Positions 1 to 10,352 of a DNA stretch of 64,000 bases are shown piece by piece. The notes under the pieces were generated by a model. It saw only the letters and a list, made by a program, of their open reading frames with translations, did not search any database and was not told the DNA's origin. Within the stretch, counting starts at the first letter, position 1. Each line of letters starts with the position of its first letter. Source of the DNA: Candidatus Fervidifonticultor sextus (lineage in GTDB: Bacteria; Sysuimicrobiota; Sysuimicrobiia; Sysuimicrobiales; Humicultoraceae); the NCBI GenBank assembly GCA_031459875.1, contig JAVKHQ010000005.1:1-64000 (forward strand), written 5' to 3'. Made by a program: the position numbers and the translations under genes.

Positions 1-112
1 GGTGCAGAGCGTGCCCGCGGCGCTGGGCGACGACGTGGGCGCCATCGGCGCCGCGGCGGTGGTCCGGGAGCGACGGAAGGCGGGGTCCGCGGAAGTAGAC
101 CACCGGGGGTGA
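1..112 (+). CDS. 3' end of a probable ROK-family sugar kinase (partial)
   Basis: Frame 2 reads VQSVPAALGDDVGAIGAAAVV...*; the LGxDxGxIGAA motif is typical of ROK C-termini; TGA at 110-112. Confidence 0.65.
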   Translation, partial: VQSVPAALGDDVGAIGAAAVVRERRKAGSAEVDHRG

Positions 113-269
113 GATTGTCCAATGAACTTATAAACCAGGGCACGGCAACTCCCGGTCATCTGGGAGTTCGGCAGAGATCTGGTGACGCACGCACAGCAGG
201 AATTTCCGGCTCCTCGTTGCAAGAAACTGTCTGTTTGGCTCGCTGGATTCCTAGTGGAGGTGAGAAGGA

Positions 270-1883
270 ATGGGGGAGGGGGGTCGTGCGCGTCGGATCG
301 TCCGAGGCCAGATCGATCGGCGGACCTTCCTGAAGAGCGCAGGCGTTACCCTACTTGCGCTCTCGCAGCTTGACCGGATCGCCCTGGCGGCCCCCGGCGG
401 CCCGCCCAAGCGCGGCGGCGTCCTGGTGGTGGGCGCCGACGTGAGCCCGCCGGGGCTGGATCCGCAGAAGTCTGCCGCGGCGCACTCCTGGATGATTTCC
501 GAGCACATCTACTCCAACTTGTTGCGACGCAGCCCGACCATGAAGATCGTACCGGACCTGGCGGAGAGCTATGAGATCGTCAACCCGACCACCTACACTT
601 TCAAGCTACGGAGGGGCGTCACGTGGCACCATGGCCGCGAGGTAGTCGCAGACGACGTCAAGTACTCGTTTGAGCGAATGATGGATGCCCGGACCGCCTC
701 GCCCTGGCGTTCCATCTGGCTCATCATCGAACGCATCGACGTTCCAGACAGGTACACGGTCCGCTTTACGACACGGCGGCCGTTTGCCCCGTTCTTCTCG
801 TATCTGGCCACACCGCACTACTCGTCAATTGTGCCCCGCGATGTTGTGGAAAAGTCCGGCGACCTCCAACAGACGGCATCCGGCACCGGGCCGTTTGTGC
901 TGGAACGCTTCGTGCCCGAGAACATCGTGGTGCTCAAGCGCAATCCGAACTATTTCGAGAGCGGTCTGCCCTACCTGGATGGGATTGAGTATCGGATCAT
1001 CCCCGACGAAGCCGCACGCCTGGCAGCCCTGCGCACCGGCAGCATTCATTACATGTGGTCGGCCGATCCCCTGGTGGACGAGCAGGTCAAGGGCATGCCG
1101 GGAGTCGCGATCCTGGAGCCGAAGGGATACTGCGGCCAGCACGGCCTGGCCTTCAATCAGACGAAGCCGCCGTTCGACGACGTCCGGGTGCGCAGGGCGG
1201 TGAGCGTGAGCCTCAACCGCCGTGAGATTATCCGCGTGGTCCTGCGTGGCAAAGGCGGCATCTCGACCAAGATTCCTCCCTGCGACGCTCCGTTCGGCTA
1301 TAGTGGAGACGAGCGCGGCCTGCCGTACTACGAACACAACCCGGCCCTGGCCCGCCAGCTGCTGTCGGAGGCTGGCTACCCGCGCGGGCTGGATACGACC
1401 CTGGAGGTACCTCCCCGCTTTCCGCAGACCGTGCGGACCGGCGAGGTCATGCGCGAACAACTGGCGGCGGCGGGCATCCGGGTGACCCTCAAGCAGATGG
1501 AGTGGGGCGCCGCGCTGACCAACTATATCCGCACCACCTACGATGGGATGAGTATGATCCCGCTGGTGTGGCAGCCGGATCCCGACGCCCATGTCTACGA
1601 CATCTATCACAGCGACTCTGCCATCAACCTGGGGAAGTTCCGCGATCCCTTTGTGGATCAACTTCTCGACTTGGGCCGGACAACCCTGGACCGCGAGAAG
1701 CGCGTGGCGATCTATCAGCAGTTGCAGCGCTACTTCGCCGACCAAGCCTACATGATCTACCCATATGCATCAGGCGCGGTGGAGCTGCTCAGGGACTTCG
1801 TGAAGGGGTATGTTTCCATTCCGGGGGCTCAGCCGCCGAGCCGGAGCCGACAGTTCTTCAAGCAGGTCTGGCTGGATAAGTAG
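270..1883 (+). CDS. Family-5 (Dpp/Opp) ABC substrate-binding protein with Tat signal
   Basis: RRTFLK twin-arginine motif; PDLAESY, ADDVKYS, GTGPF and PFDDVRVRRA motifs. Confidence 0.92.
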   Translation: MGEGGRARRIVRGQIDRRTFLKSAGVTLLALSQLDRIALAAPGGPPKRGGVLVVGADVSPPGLDPQKSAAAHSWMISEHIYSNLLRRSPTMKIVPDLAESYEIVNPTTYTFKLRRGVTWHHGREVVADDVKYSFERMMDARTASPWRSIWLIIERIDVPDRYTVRFTTRRPFAPFFSYLATPHYSSIVPRDVVEKSGDLQQTASGTGPFVLERFVPENIVVLKRNPNYFESGLPYLDGIEYRIIPDEAARLAALRTGSIHYMWSADPLVDEQVKGMPGVAILEPKGYCGQHGLAFNQTKPPFDDVRVRRAVSVSLNRREIIRVVLRGKGGISTKIPPCDAPFGYSGDERGLPYYEHNPALARQLLSEAGYPRGLDTTLEVPPRFPQTVRTGEVMREQLAAAGIRVTLKQMEWGAALTNYIRTTYDGMSMIPLVWQPDPDAHVYDIYHSDSAINLGKFRDPFVDQLLDLGRTTLDREKRVAIYQQLQRYFADQAYMIYPYASGAVELLRDFVKGYVSIPGAQPPSRSRQFFKQVWLDK

Positions 1884-1930
1884 GTCTGGCCGCCAGGGCG
1901 GAATTGCCCGCGCGACGCTGTAGGAATCGG

Positions 1931-2881
1931 ATGCGGGCGTATGTTGTCAAGCGGTTCCTACTGCTGATCCCGACCCTGGTCGGGATTTCCGTCATCTCGT
2001 TCCTGACCATCCACCTGATCCCGGGCGATTTGGTCACAGTCCTGCTGGGAATCACTGCGAGCCAGAATGAGCAGAACCGCCAGGCGATCATCGCCGCGTT
2101 GCACCTGGATCAGCCACTGGCAGTGCAGTACCTCCACTGGATCGCTGGCGTGCTGCGGGGCGATCTGGGCCGCTCGCTGGTCCACGGCGCGCCCGTCGCG
2201 GGGGAACTGTGGCGGTCGTACCCCGTGACGATCCAGTTAACGGTGATGTCCATGGCCACTGCCCTGGCCCTGGGGGTGCCACTGGGTGTCCTGTGTGTGA
2301 CCCGATGGGGCCGGAAGATCGAGCCCCTGGTCCGCGTTGCCTCGCTCCTGTTCATCTCGGCGCCGGCCTTCTTCGTCGGCACGGTGTTGATCGTGCTGGG
2401 GGCGCGCTACTTTCCAGCGCTGCCGACCCTGGGGTACGTTTCCTTCCTGGAGGCGCCCGGCCGCAGCCTGCTGCACATGCTTCCGGCGGCGGCAGTCCTC
2501 GGCGCCGCCATCTCCGCGATCCTGCTCCGTTACACCCGGGCCAGCATGCTGGAGGTCCTGGAGCAGGATTACGTCCGGACGGCGCGGGCCAAGGGCCTGG
2601 ACGAGTTCCTGGTGACCTACCGGCACGCACTGGCCAACGCGCTGATCCCGGTCATAGCCGCAGCAGGCATTCAGTTCGTGGCTCTGTTCGGAGGCGCGGT
2701 GATCGTGGAGGAAGTGTTTGCGCTGCCCGGGATCGGCCGGTTGGTCGTGAATGCCATCTACCAGCGGGACTATACACTGATCCAGGGCGCGGTGCTGTTC
2801 CTGACGGCCAATGCGGTGCTGATCAACCTGGGGATCGACATCCTCTACCACGTGGTGGACCCGCGCATCGTGTATGGTTAG
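1931..2881 (+). CDS. Peptide ABC permease (DppB-like)
   Basis: LIPGD, GDLGRS, DYVRTARAKGL (EAA loop), DPRI; start taken at ATG 1931. Confidence 0.92.
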   Translation: MRAYVVKRFLLLIPTLVGISVISFLTIHLIPGDLVTVLLGITASQNEQNRQAIIAALHLDQPLAVQYLHWIAGVLRGDLGRSLVHGAPVAGELWRSYPVTIQLTVMSMATALALGVPLGVLCVTRWGRKIEPLVRVASLLFISAPAFFVGTVLIVLGARYFPALPTLGYVSFLEAPGRSLLHMLPAAAVLGAAISAILLRYTRASMLEVLEQDYVRTARAKGLDEFLVTYRHALANALIPVIAAAGIQFVALFGGAVIVEEVFALPGIGRLVVNAIYQRDYTLIQGAVLFLTANAVLINLGIDILYHVVDPRIVYG

Positions 2882-3764
2882 CGCCCGTGTCGGGCTCACT
2901 CCCCGAGCGTCCGGCCTCCACCCGCGCTGGACCGTGTGGCGGCGCCTGCGACGGAACTGGTCGGCCGCGCTCGGTGGGAGCATTGTGATCTCTCTGGTCG
3001 TCGTGGCTGCGCTGGCCCCCCTCCTGGCCCCGCGCGGCCCCACGGATCTCCACTCCGGGTTCGAGATCCAGGCGCCCTCGCGGGCGTTCCCCTTCGGCAC
3101 GGACGAACTGGGGCGCGATATCCTCAGTCGTGTGATCTTCGGGGCGCGCATCTCCATGGGCGCGGCGCTGGCGTCGGTGTTCCTGGCCGCGGCTGCGGGT
3201 GTGCCGCTGGGCGTGGTCATCGGCTTCTGGGGCGGTACGGTCGACCTGCTGGCGATGCGGCTGTTCGACATCCTGTTCGCGTTTCCGGCAATCCTCCTGG
3301 CCATCGCCATCGTTGCGGCGCTGGGGCCGAGCCTGCCGAACCTGGTCCTCACCATCTCGCTGCTGACGATGCCTCAGTTCGCCGTTCTGGCGCGGGGGGC
3401 GACCCTTGCCGTCCGACCCCTGGAGTACGTGCAGGCCGCCGTCGCCCTGGGGGCCTCCCATACCCGCATCGTCTTCGCGCACATTCTGCCGAACGTGGCA
3501 GCGCCGCTGATCGTGGCGGCGACTTTGAACCTGTCCATCGTGATCTTGGTCGAGGCCGGTCTCAGCTTCCTCGGCCTGGGAACGCAGCCGCCGACCCCCA
3601 GCTGGGGAGGCATGATCAGCCGTGGCCGGCAATACATGATCATCGCGCCCTGGCTTGTCGTCTTTCCAGGCCTTGCCATCATGCTCTCGGTGTTGGGGTT
3701 CAACCTGCTGGGCGACGGGCTGCGCGAGGTGCTCGATCCGAGGATGCATCGGGGAGGTGGCTAG
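2874..3764 (+). CDS. Peptide ABC permease (DppC-like)
   Basis: FGTDELGRDILSR, HILPN, LSFLGLG, PSWG and FNLLGDGLR motifs. Confidence 0.92.
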   Translation: MVSARVGLTPRASGLHPRWTVWRRLRRNWSAALGGSIVISLVVVAALAPLLAPRGPTDLHSGFEIQAPSRAFPFGTDELGRDILSRVIFGARISMGAALASVFLAAAAGVPLGVVIGFWGGTVDLLAMRLFDILFAFPAILLAIAIVAALGPSLPNLVLTISLLTMPQFAVLARGATLAVRPLEYVQAAVALGASHTRIVFAHILPNVAAPLIVAATLNLSIVILVEAGLSFLGLGTQPPTPSWGGMISRGRQYMIIAPWLVVFPGLAIMLSVLGFNLLGDGLREVLDPRMHRGGG

Positions 3765-3765
3765 C

Positions 3766-4617
3766 GTGAAGGTGAAGATCGCGGCGATCCAGGCCAGGCC
3801 GGTGTCGGCGGAGTTCGACGACATGTGGAGCGGTGCGGACGTGGCCCACGCCTGCGAGCTGCTGGAAGCCGCGGCGCGCGAGGGAGCCCACTGCGCGTGC
3901 TTCCCAGAACTGTACCCGCGCGTGGGGGAGGAGGCACTGCGCAGCGCCGCCAGGCGGCTCGGCCTTCATGTGGTGGCCGGCCTCATCGAAGGCACCCGTG
4001 AGCGCTGGTACAATACCGGGATCATCATCGGCCCCGACGGTGAGGTCATCGGCCGACAGAGAAAGAACTTCCCGACGCAAGGGGAGATCGACGGTGGCGT
4101 CGTGGCAGGGAAAGGCTACCAGGTATTCGACACCGCCATCGGCCGGCTGGGGGTCGTGATCTGCTCCGACTTTGCCTTCTTCACTGACGGTGTGCAGGCA
4201 CTGGTCGACGGCGGCGTGGATATCATCTTCAACCCGTCGTGGTGGTTCGCCCTGGGCGCAGTCTACCCCGCCACGGTGATCGGCCGCCATATGGAATACG
4301 GCAAACCGGTTATCGGCGTGGACATCGCTGCCTGCTCGCTGCTGCTGCGGAAGGACGGCAAGGTCATCCAGCGCTTTCCTCGCGCTGGCGGCTACTCCAC
4401 TGTGTGCGTGCCGCCGACTGTCGGCGATCTCGCCGAACTGGCGGAGTGGTTCCGCACCAAACCCGGCGGCATCAACACCGGCGACGGCTTCATTCAGACG
4501 TTGGGCGAAGATGAAGGGATCCTTTATGCGGAAGTCGACCTGGAAGCGGTGCGGCGGTTCCCCGGCTATTTCTACCGCGCGGCGCGGCCGGCGGTGTCAT
4601 CGCGAGGAGAGGCATGA
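3766..4617 (+). CDS. Carbon-nitrogen hydrolase (nitrilase superfamily)
   Basis: E-K-C triad contexts FPELY, RKNFP and ICSDF; GTG start after GGAGG. Confidence 0.88.
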   Translation: MKVKIAAIQARPVSAEFDDMWSGADVAHACELLEAAAREGAHCACFPELYPRVGEEALRSAARRLGLHVVAGLIEGTRERWYNTGIIIGPDGEVIGRQRKNFPTQGEIDGGVVAGKGYQVFDTAIGRLGVVICSDFAFFTDGVQALVDGGVDIIFNPSWWFALGAVYPATVIGRHMEYGKPVIGVDIAACSLLLRKDGKVIQRFPRAGGYSTVCVPPTVGDLAELAEWFRTKPGGINTGDGFIQTLGEDEGILYAEVDLEAVRRFPGYFYRAARPAVSSRGEA

Positions 4618-5786
4618 CCATCACACCGGATTGGGAGCAGGGCATCGATTGGGAGGCGCTGCGCCTGTATCGACGGAAACGCCTTTGCGAAGCCATGGAG
4701 CGCCACGACTTGCATGCCGTGCTCTACACCAAACTTGACACCATCCGTTACACGACCAGCTTCCGGCCGATCTACAGCATGTGGTTCCATGGTACGCGCT
4801 ATGCGGCGCTGTTGACCGCCGACGGGCACCTGACCTTCTTCGTCGCCAGCGGGGACGTGGCACGTGTGGCCCGCACCATGCCCTGGGTCACTGATGTGGT
4901 GCCGTTTCCGTTCGTCTTTGCCGACGGGACACCCCTCATCGCCGACGCGGTCCGGCGCCTCGGCCTGCGCGGCCGCATCGGTGTGGACCTGCTGCCCCTT
5001 GGATCGCTGCGCCGGCTTGAGCAAATGCTGCCGGAGGTCCAGTTTGTGGACGGACAGGAGGCCATCGAGGAGGCGCGCCGGATCAAGCATCCGATCGAAG
5101 TCCAGATGCTCCGTCTGGCGGCGGAGGTGGTTGACCTGGGCATGCAGGCGGCCATCGCCGCGGTGCGGCCCGGCGCCACTGAGATCGAGGTCTCGACGGC
5201 TGCAACGTCCGCGATGATGCTGGCGGGCTCCGAGGATATCCCCTACTATCCGCTGGTGGCCTCGGGTGAGCACGGCTGGCTGGGTTACCGGTTTCCCACC
5301 ACCAGGCGCATCCGTCCTGGGGAGATGGTACGGATCGACTGCGGCGCGGCCATCGTCAACGGCTACAACGGCGACATCGCACGCATTGCTTTTGCCGGAG
5401 AGCCCACCGAGGAGCAGCGCCGAGTCTACCGAGCAGTGTACGAGATGTTGCAGACCGGAATCGACCGACTGCGGCCCGGGGTGCTGACGACCGAGGTCGT
5501 GGAAGCCGTCGCCGAGGTTGCGCGCCGCTGGGGGTATGCTGACCACACCTACTTCGGCATCCTGGGACACGGCTTGGGTACGGATCTTCACGAGGCCCCG
5601 ACCATTGGGGAGAGAGTTGTCGGCGGCCGCCCGCCGGAGCGCCTTGAGCCCGGGATGGTGGTCGGCCTCGAGCCCGGCGTTCTGCTGCCCGGGGTGGGCG
5701 GGGGCCACCTGGAGGACGTCGTACTCGTCACCGAGGGTGTCCCGGAGGTGCTCACCAAGACGCCGTTCCTCGTGGAGTACCTATAG
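4614..5786 (+). CDS. M24-family (Xaa-Pro peptidase/creatinase-like) enzyme
   Basis: Creatinase-like N-terminus; metal ligands in IDCGA, GDIAR, GHGLG..LHE, LEPG and LEDVVLV. Confidence 0.88.
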   Translation: MTITPDWEQGIDWEALRLYRRKRLCEAMERHDLHAVLYTKLDTIRYTTSFRPIYSMWFHGTRYAALLTADGHLTFFVASGDVARVARTMPWVTDVVPFPFVFADGTPLIADAVRRLGLRGRIGVDLLPLGSLRRLEQMLPEVQFVDGQEAIEEARRIKHPIEVQMLRLAAEVVDLGMQAAIAAVRPGATEIEVSTAATSAMMLAGSEDIPYYPLVASGEHGWLGYRFPTTRRIRPGEMVRIDCGAAIVNGYNGDIARIAFAGEPTEEQRRVYRAVYEMLQTGIDRLRPGVLTTEVVEAVAEVARRWGYADHTYFGILGHGLGTDLHEAPTIGERVVGGRPPERLEPGMVVGLEPGVLLPGVGGGHLEDVVLVTEGVPEVLTKTPFLVEYL

Positions 5787-5824
5787 ACCGGCTGCGCGAA
5801 GTCCATGCAACGCAGGTGACGCTG

Positions 5825-5899
5825 GAGGGGTCACGAGGGGCCGGATGTGGCGCTTGTCTCTGGACTCCTCCGCGGAATCCGGTAACCCCTGCTCCCCTC
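5825..5899. terminator. Long imperfect hairpin between convergent genes (possible bidirectional terminator)
   Basis: Nested pairs gagggg/cccctc, agggg/cccct and ccggat/atccgg; no U-tract. Confidence 0.4.
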
Positions 5900-5921
5900 A
5901 AGATACCGATTCGGTTACGCC

Positions 5922-7274
5922 CTACAGCATCTCCAGGTCGATCCGCCGCGCCACGAAGTTCGTGTACACCTCGCCGCGGCGGAAGAAGGCGTTGTCCAGC
6001 ACCTTGAGGTGGAAGGGGATCGTGGTCTGGATGCCGGCGATCTCGAACTCGGTGAGCGCCCGGCGCATCCGCGCGATGGCCTCATCGCGGTCGCGGCCCC
6101 AGGTGATGACCTTGGCCACCAGTGAGTCGTAGTAGGGGGGGATCGCATATCCGGGGTAGCAGTGGGTGTCCACCCGCACACCCGGCCCCCCCGGCGGGTG
6201 AAAGGCTGTCAGGACCCCCGCCGACGGCCGGAACTGGTGCCGGGGGTCCTCGGCGTTGATCCGGCACTCCAGGGCGTGGCCGCGGATCTCGATGTCGCGC
6301 TGGCCGAAGCGCAGCCGTTCGCCGGCGGCGATGCGGATCTGCTCCTTGACGATGTCGACGCCCGTCACCATCTCGGTGACCGGATGCTCGACCTGGATCC
6401 GCGTGTTCATCTCCATGAAGTAGATGTTCTCGTGCGCATCCACCAGGAACTCGATGGTCCCGGCGTTGACGTAGCCGATGGCCTGGGCCGCGCGCACCGC
6501 TGCGCGGCCCAGCGCCGCCAGCGTCCGATCCCGCAGCCGCGGCGGGGGGGCCTCCTCGATCAGCTTCTGGTGCCGGCGCTGGATCGAACAGTCGCGCTCG
6601 CCCAGGTGCAGGACTGTGCCGTGCGCGTCGGCCAGGACCTGGACTTCGACGTGGCGCGGCTCTTCCAGGTACTTCTCGATATAGAGGCGGCCGTCGCCGA
6701 AGGCCGCCTGGGCCTCGCGGTGCGCGGTCTCCAGCGCCGCCTTCAGGTCGTCGGGGGTGTGGACGACGCGCATCCCCCGGCCCCCGCCCCCGGCCGCGGC
6801 CTTGATGATGAGGGGGTAGCCGGTCGCGCGTGCGGCCTCCTGCGCCTCCCGCTCGCCGGCCACCGGGCCGGGACTGCCGGGGACCACCGGCACCCCGGCC
6901 TTCTGCATCATGGCGCGGGCGGCAGCCTTGTCGCCCATCAGCTCGATGGCCCGGGCCGGCGGGCCGATGAAGGCGAGCTGGCTGTCCGTGACGATCTCGG
7001 CGAAGCGGGCGTTCTCGGCCAGGAACCCGTAGCCCGGGTGGATGGCGTCCACCCCGAGCAACTCGGCGGTGCTCATGATGTTGGGGATGTTCAGGTACGA
7101 CCCCGCGCTGGCGGCCGGCCCGATGCAGAACGCCTCGTCGGCCATCTTCACGTGGAGAGAAGACCGGTCGGCCTCCGAGTAGACGGCCACGGTGCGGATG
7201 CCGAGTTCGTGGCATGCCCGGATGATGCGGACGGCGATCTCCCCGCGGTTGGCCACGAGGACTTTGCGGAACAT
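5922..7274 (-). CDS. accC: Acetyl-CoA carboxylase biotin carboxylase
   Basis: [33 protein letters not shown] and [10 protein letters not shown] motifs. Confidence 0.97.
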   Translation of the reverse strand: MFRKVLVANRGEIAVRIIRACHELGIRTVAVYSEADRSSLHVKMADEAFCIGPAASAGSYLNIPNIMSTAELLGVDAIHPGYGFLAENARFAEIVTDSQLAFIGPPARAIELMGDKAAARAMMQKAGVPVVPGSPGPVAGEREAQEAARATGYPLIIKAAAGGGGRGMRVVHTPDDLKAALETAHREAQAAFGDGRLYIEKYLEEPRHVEVQVLADAHGTVLHLGERDCSIQRRHQKLIEEAPPPRLRDRTLAALGRAAVRAAQAIGYVNAGTIEFLVDAHENIYFMEMNTRIQVEHPVTEMVTGVDIVKEQIRIAAGERLRFGQRDIEIRGHALECRINAEDPRHQFRPSAGVLTAFHPPGGPGVRVDTHCYPGYAIPPYYDSLVAKVITWGRDRDEAIARMRRALTEFEIAGIQTTIPFHLKVLDNAFFRRGEVYTNFVARRIDLEML

Positions 7275-7775
7275 CTACCTGGGGCTGGCGGCAGGATCCA
7301 GGAGGAACAGGGGCTGCCCGTACTCGACCGGCGAAGCGTTTTCCACCAGCACGCGGACGATCCGGCCGCGCTTCTCGGCCTGGATCTCATTAAAGAGTTT
7401 CATCGCCTCGATGATACAGACGACCTGCCCTTCCTCGACGATGTCGCCCTCGGCGACAAAGGGCGGGGCATCGGGCGAGGCCGCCCGGTAGAAGGTGCCG
7501 ACCATGGGGGCGACGATCGGTTCCAGATGATCGGTGTCCGCACCGGCCGCGGCGGGACTGCCGGCAGCGGGCACGGGAGTCGCCTCCCGTGACGCGGGCG
7601 GAGAGGTGGGCAGCGCCTCGTCGGCCGCGGCGACCCGCCCGGCGGCCGGGCCCGGCGCGGCCCGGCGGACGCGCACTCTGAGCGCCGGACTCTCGACCTC
7701 CAGTTCGGCGAGGTCCAACTCCTCGGCCAGCCGCGCGACCTCGCGGACCTGCTCGAAGTCAATGCGGTCGGTCAT
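7275..7775 (-). CDS. accB: Biotin carboxyl carrier protein
   Basis: EAMKL biotinylation motif, APMVGTFY, Pro/Ala linker. Confidence 0.96.
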   Translation of the reverse strand: MTDRIDFEQVREVARLAEELDLAELEVESPALRVRVRRAAPGPAAGRVAAADEALPTSPPASREATPVPAAGSPAAAGADTDHLEPIVAPMVGTFYRAASPDAPPFVAEGDIVEEGQVVCIIEAMKLFNEIQAEKRGRIVRVLVENASPVEYGQPLFLLDPAASPR

Positions 7776-8773
7776 GCCTGCTCCTCATGATACCCCATGG
7801 CCCGGTACTTGGCGTACCGGAGGTCCAGGAGCTGGTCGACAGGGATGCCGGCGAGCGCCCGCAGGTGGCGACGCAGGGCCTCCCGCACCGCGTCCACCGC
7901 GGCGGAGGGATCGGTGTGGGCCCCGCCCCGCGGTTCGGGGATCACCTCGTCCACGACGCCGAGGGCGGCCAGGTCCTGGGCCGTCAGGCGCAGCGCCACC
8001 GCGGCCTCGCGCGAGCGGCTGGCGTCGCGCCACAGGATGGCGGCGCATCCCTCGGGCGGGATCACCGTATAGATGGCGTGCTCCAGCATCAGCACCGCGT
8101 CGCCGACGGCGATGGCCAGCGCCCCGCCGCTGCCGCCCTCGCCGGTGATCACCACGGCGATCGGCGTGCGCAGCCGCGTCATCTCCAGGATGTTGCGCGC
8201 GATGGCCTCGGCCTGCCCGCGCTCCTCGGCGGCATCGCCGGGGAAGGCTGCGGGCGTGTCCACGATGCTGATGACCGGATAGCCGAACTTCTCGGCGAGT
8301 TTCATGCCGCGGAGCGCCTTGCGGTAGCCCTCGGGATAGGGCATCCCGAAGTTGTGGGCGATGTTCTCCTTGGTGTCCTTTCCCTTGTACGGCCCCAGGG
8401 CCACCACCGGCCGCCCGTCGAACCAGCCGAGCCCCACCAGCATCGCCGGGTCGTCGCGGAAGAGCCGGTCGCCGTGCAGTTCGGTGAAGTCGCTGACCAG
8501 CGCCCGGATGAAGTCCTGGGCCTTGGGCCGCTGGGGATGCCGGGCAAGGGCGACGGCATGCCAGGCCTGGCGGTTGGCCAGCAGGGCCTCCTGGAGTTCG
8601 GCCGCCCGCGCTTCGAGGTCACGGATCTGCCGGGTGACGTCCAGCCGGTCCTTCTCGCCGCGCCGCCGCAGCGCGCCGATCTGGCGCTGGATGTCGGCCA
8701 GTTGCGCGTCGAGTTCGGCGGCGCGGGCCTCCGCGGCGGGGTCGCGCTCGGGTAGGAGCAGGCGGGAGGCCAT
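7772..8773 (-). CDS. accA: Acetyl-CoA carboxyltransferase alpha subunit
   Basis: [29 protein letters not shown] and PEGCAAILW motifs. Confidence 0.96.
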   Translation of the reverse strand: MASRLLLPERDPAAEARAAELDAQLADIQRQIGALRRRGEKDRLDVTRQIRDLEARAAELQEALLANRQAWHAVALARHPQRPKAQDFIRALVSDFTELHGDRLFRDDPAMLVGLGWFDGRPVVALGPYKGKDTKENIAHNFGMPYPEGYRKALRGMKLAEKFGYPVISIVDTPAAFPGDAAEERGQAEAIARNILEMTRLRTPIAVVITGEGGSGGALAIAVGDAVLMLEHAIYTVIPPEGCAAILWRDASRSREAAVALRLTAQDLAALGVVDEVIPEPRGGAHTDPSAAVDAVREALRRHLRALAGIPVDQLLDLRYAKYRAMGYHEEQA

Positions 8774-8781
8774 CGGGCCCG

Positions 8782-9681
8782 CTATCCCTCGCTGTCTGCG
8801 GGGTCAGGAGCCACGGGGAGGGCAGCGGCGACCGGCGGCGCGGCGGGCACCTGCGGCGCGCCGAAGAACCGCAGGAGCCGCCCCAGCGTCTCGCGCATCT
8901 GGGACCGCGACACCACCATGTCGATGAGCCCGTGCTCCAGGCAGAACTCGGCGGTCTGGAAGTGGTCCGGGAGTTTTCGCCGGATCGTCTGTTCGATGAC
9001 GCGCCGGCCCGCGAACCCGATCAGCGCCCCGGGTTCTGCGATGATCACATCCCCCTGGAACGCGAAACTGGCGGTCACCCCGCCGGTGGTCGGGTCGCAC
9101 ATGACCGAGATGTAAGGCAGCCGCGCCTCGTGCAGCCGCGCAATCGCCGCGCTGGTCCTGGCCAGCTGCATCAGCGAGAGCGTCCCTTCCTGCATCCGGG
9201 CGCCCCCGGAGGCCGAGAAGATCACCAGCGGCAGGCGGTCGGCCCGGGCCCGCTCGGCGATGCGCACGATCTTCTCGCCCACCACCGACCCCATCGAGCC
9301 CCCCATGAACGCGAAGTCCAGGGCCGCCAGCGCCGTGCGCGATCCGGCGATGCTGCCCACCCCGGTGATGGCCGCGTCCGCGTTGCCCGTCTTCGCGCGG
9401 GCCTCCTTCAACTTGTCCGGATAGCCTTGGAACCCAAGCGGGTCGCCCGAGGCGAGCCCTTCGTCGAATTCCACGAACGAGCCCTCATCCAGGGTGACCG
9501 CGAGCCGTTCCTCCGCCGTCAGCCGGTGGTGGAAGCCGCACCTAGGACAGACCCTGAGGGTGCGCTCCAGGTCCTTGCGGTAGGTGACCTCCCCGCAGCG
9601 AGGACACTTCACCCACAGCCCGGCGGGGAGGTCACGGCGCTCAAGAGACGCATACTTGGGACGGCGCAGCCAGTTGAGCAT
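8782..9681 (-). CDS. accD: Acetyl-CoA carboxyltransferase beta subunit
   Basis: C4 zinc finger (KCPRC...CPRC), FMGGSMGSVVGEKI, SGGARMQEG and DPTTGGV. Confidence 0.96.
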   Translation of the reverse strand: MLNWLRRPKYASLERRDLPAGLWVKCPRCGEVTYRKDLERTLRVCPRCGFHHRLTAEERLAVTLDEGSFVEFDEGLASGDPLGFQGYPDKLKEARAKTGNADAAITGVGSIAGSRTALAALDFAFMGGSMGSVVGEKIVRIAERARADRLPLVIFSASGGARMQEGTLSLMQLARTSAAIARLHEARLPYISVMCDPTTGGVTASFAFQGDVIIAEPGALIGFAGRRVIEQTIRRKLPDHFQTAEFCLEHGLIDMVVSRSQMRETLGRLLRFFGAPQVPAAPPVAAALPVAPDPADSEG

Positions 9682-9741
9682 GAGCGCCCCTGAAGGAAAA
9701 GGAGACCGGCGGACGCGGACGTCGGCCGATTACGCTTCTGG

Positions 9742-9747
9742 ATTATA
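9742..9747 (-). promoter_or_regulatory. Probable sigma70 -10 box for accDABC
   Basis: Perfect TATAAT on the minus strand about 60 nt upstream of accD, in a GC-rich background. Confidence 0.55.
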
Positions 9748-9806
9748 CTCCAGGGCGGCCGGCCGCGGCCAGCGGAAGCGGGCGGGAGAGACCGGGGACG
9801 GGCCTC

Positions 9807-10175
9807 CTATTTCGGCTGCAACCCGAACGCCACGTAGTTCAGCGCGATGTACGACTTCCACTGATCCGGCACATCGGCTTCGGCGAAGATCGCCGTCACG
9901 GGGCAGACCGACTCGCAGGCCCCGCAGTCGATGCACTCATCCGGATGGATGTAGAGCTGGGCCAGGAGTTGCTCCTTGGTGATCCCGTCCCCGGGCAGGT
10001 GGACAGACTGGCCGCGGGGGATCACGGTCTTGTCCGGGCCTGCGCCGGTCGACGGGTCGGGGACCACGAAGGCCCCGGCCTCTTCGACGTACTCGTAGAT
10101 GCAGTCCACCGGGCAGACCTCCACACAGGCCCGGTCTTTGACCCCGATACACGGTTCCGCGATGATGTAGGTCAT
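9807..10175 (-). CDS. FdxA-type (7Fe-like) ferredoxin with a long internal insertion
   Basis: CIGVKDRACVEVCPVDC and CIDCGACESVCP motifs. Confidence 0.92.
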   Translation of the reverse strand: MTYIIAEPCIGVKDRACVEVCPVDCIYEYVEEAGAFVVPDPSTGAGPDKTVIPRGQSVHLPGDGITKEQLLAQLYIHPDECIDCGACESVCPVTAIFAEADVPDQWKSYIALNYVAFGLQPK

Positions 10176-10289
10176 CTTCTGCCCTCCATGGGACGGACCG
10201 GCTCGGCCACGTCCTCTGCGGTGAACGTACTCCCCCGAGGGGGCGACCGCAAGGGTTGAGGCTGGAGCCGCCGCAAGGGGACGCGGATG

Positions 10290-10311
10290 TGTTTACTGAA
10301 TACAGTGAACA
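10290..10311. promoter_or_regulatory. Palindromic operator candidate
   Basis: tgtttactg-aata-cagtgaaca, 8 of 9 arm positions complementary, between divergent ferredoxin and GntR genes. Confidence 0.55.
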
Positions 10312-10352
10312 GAAGTCAAACATCAAGCACACGGAGCCGAGGGATCGCAGGT

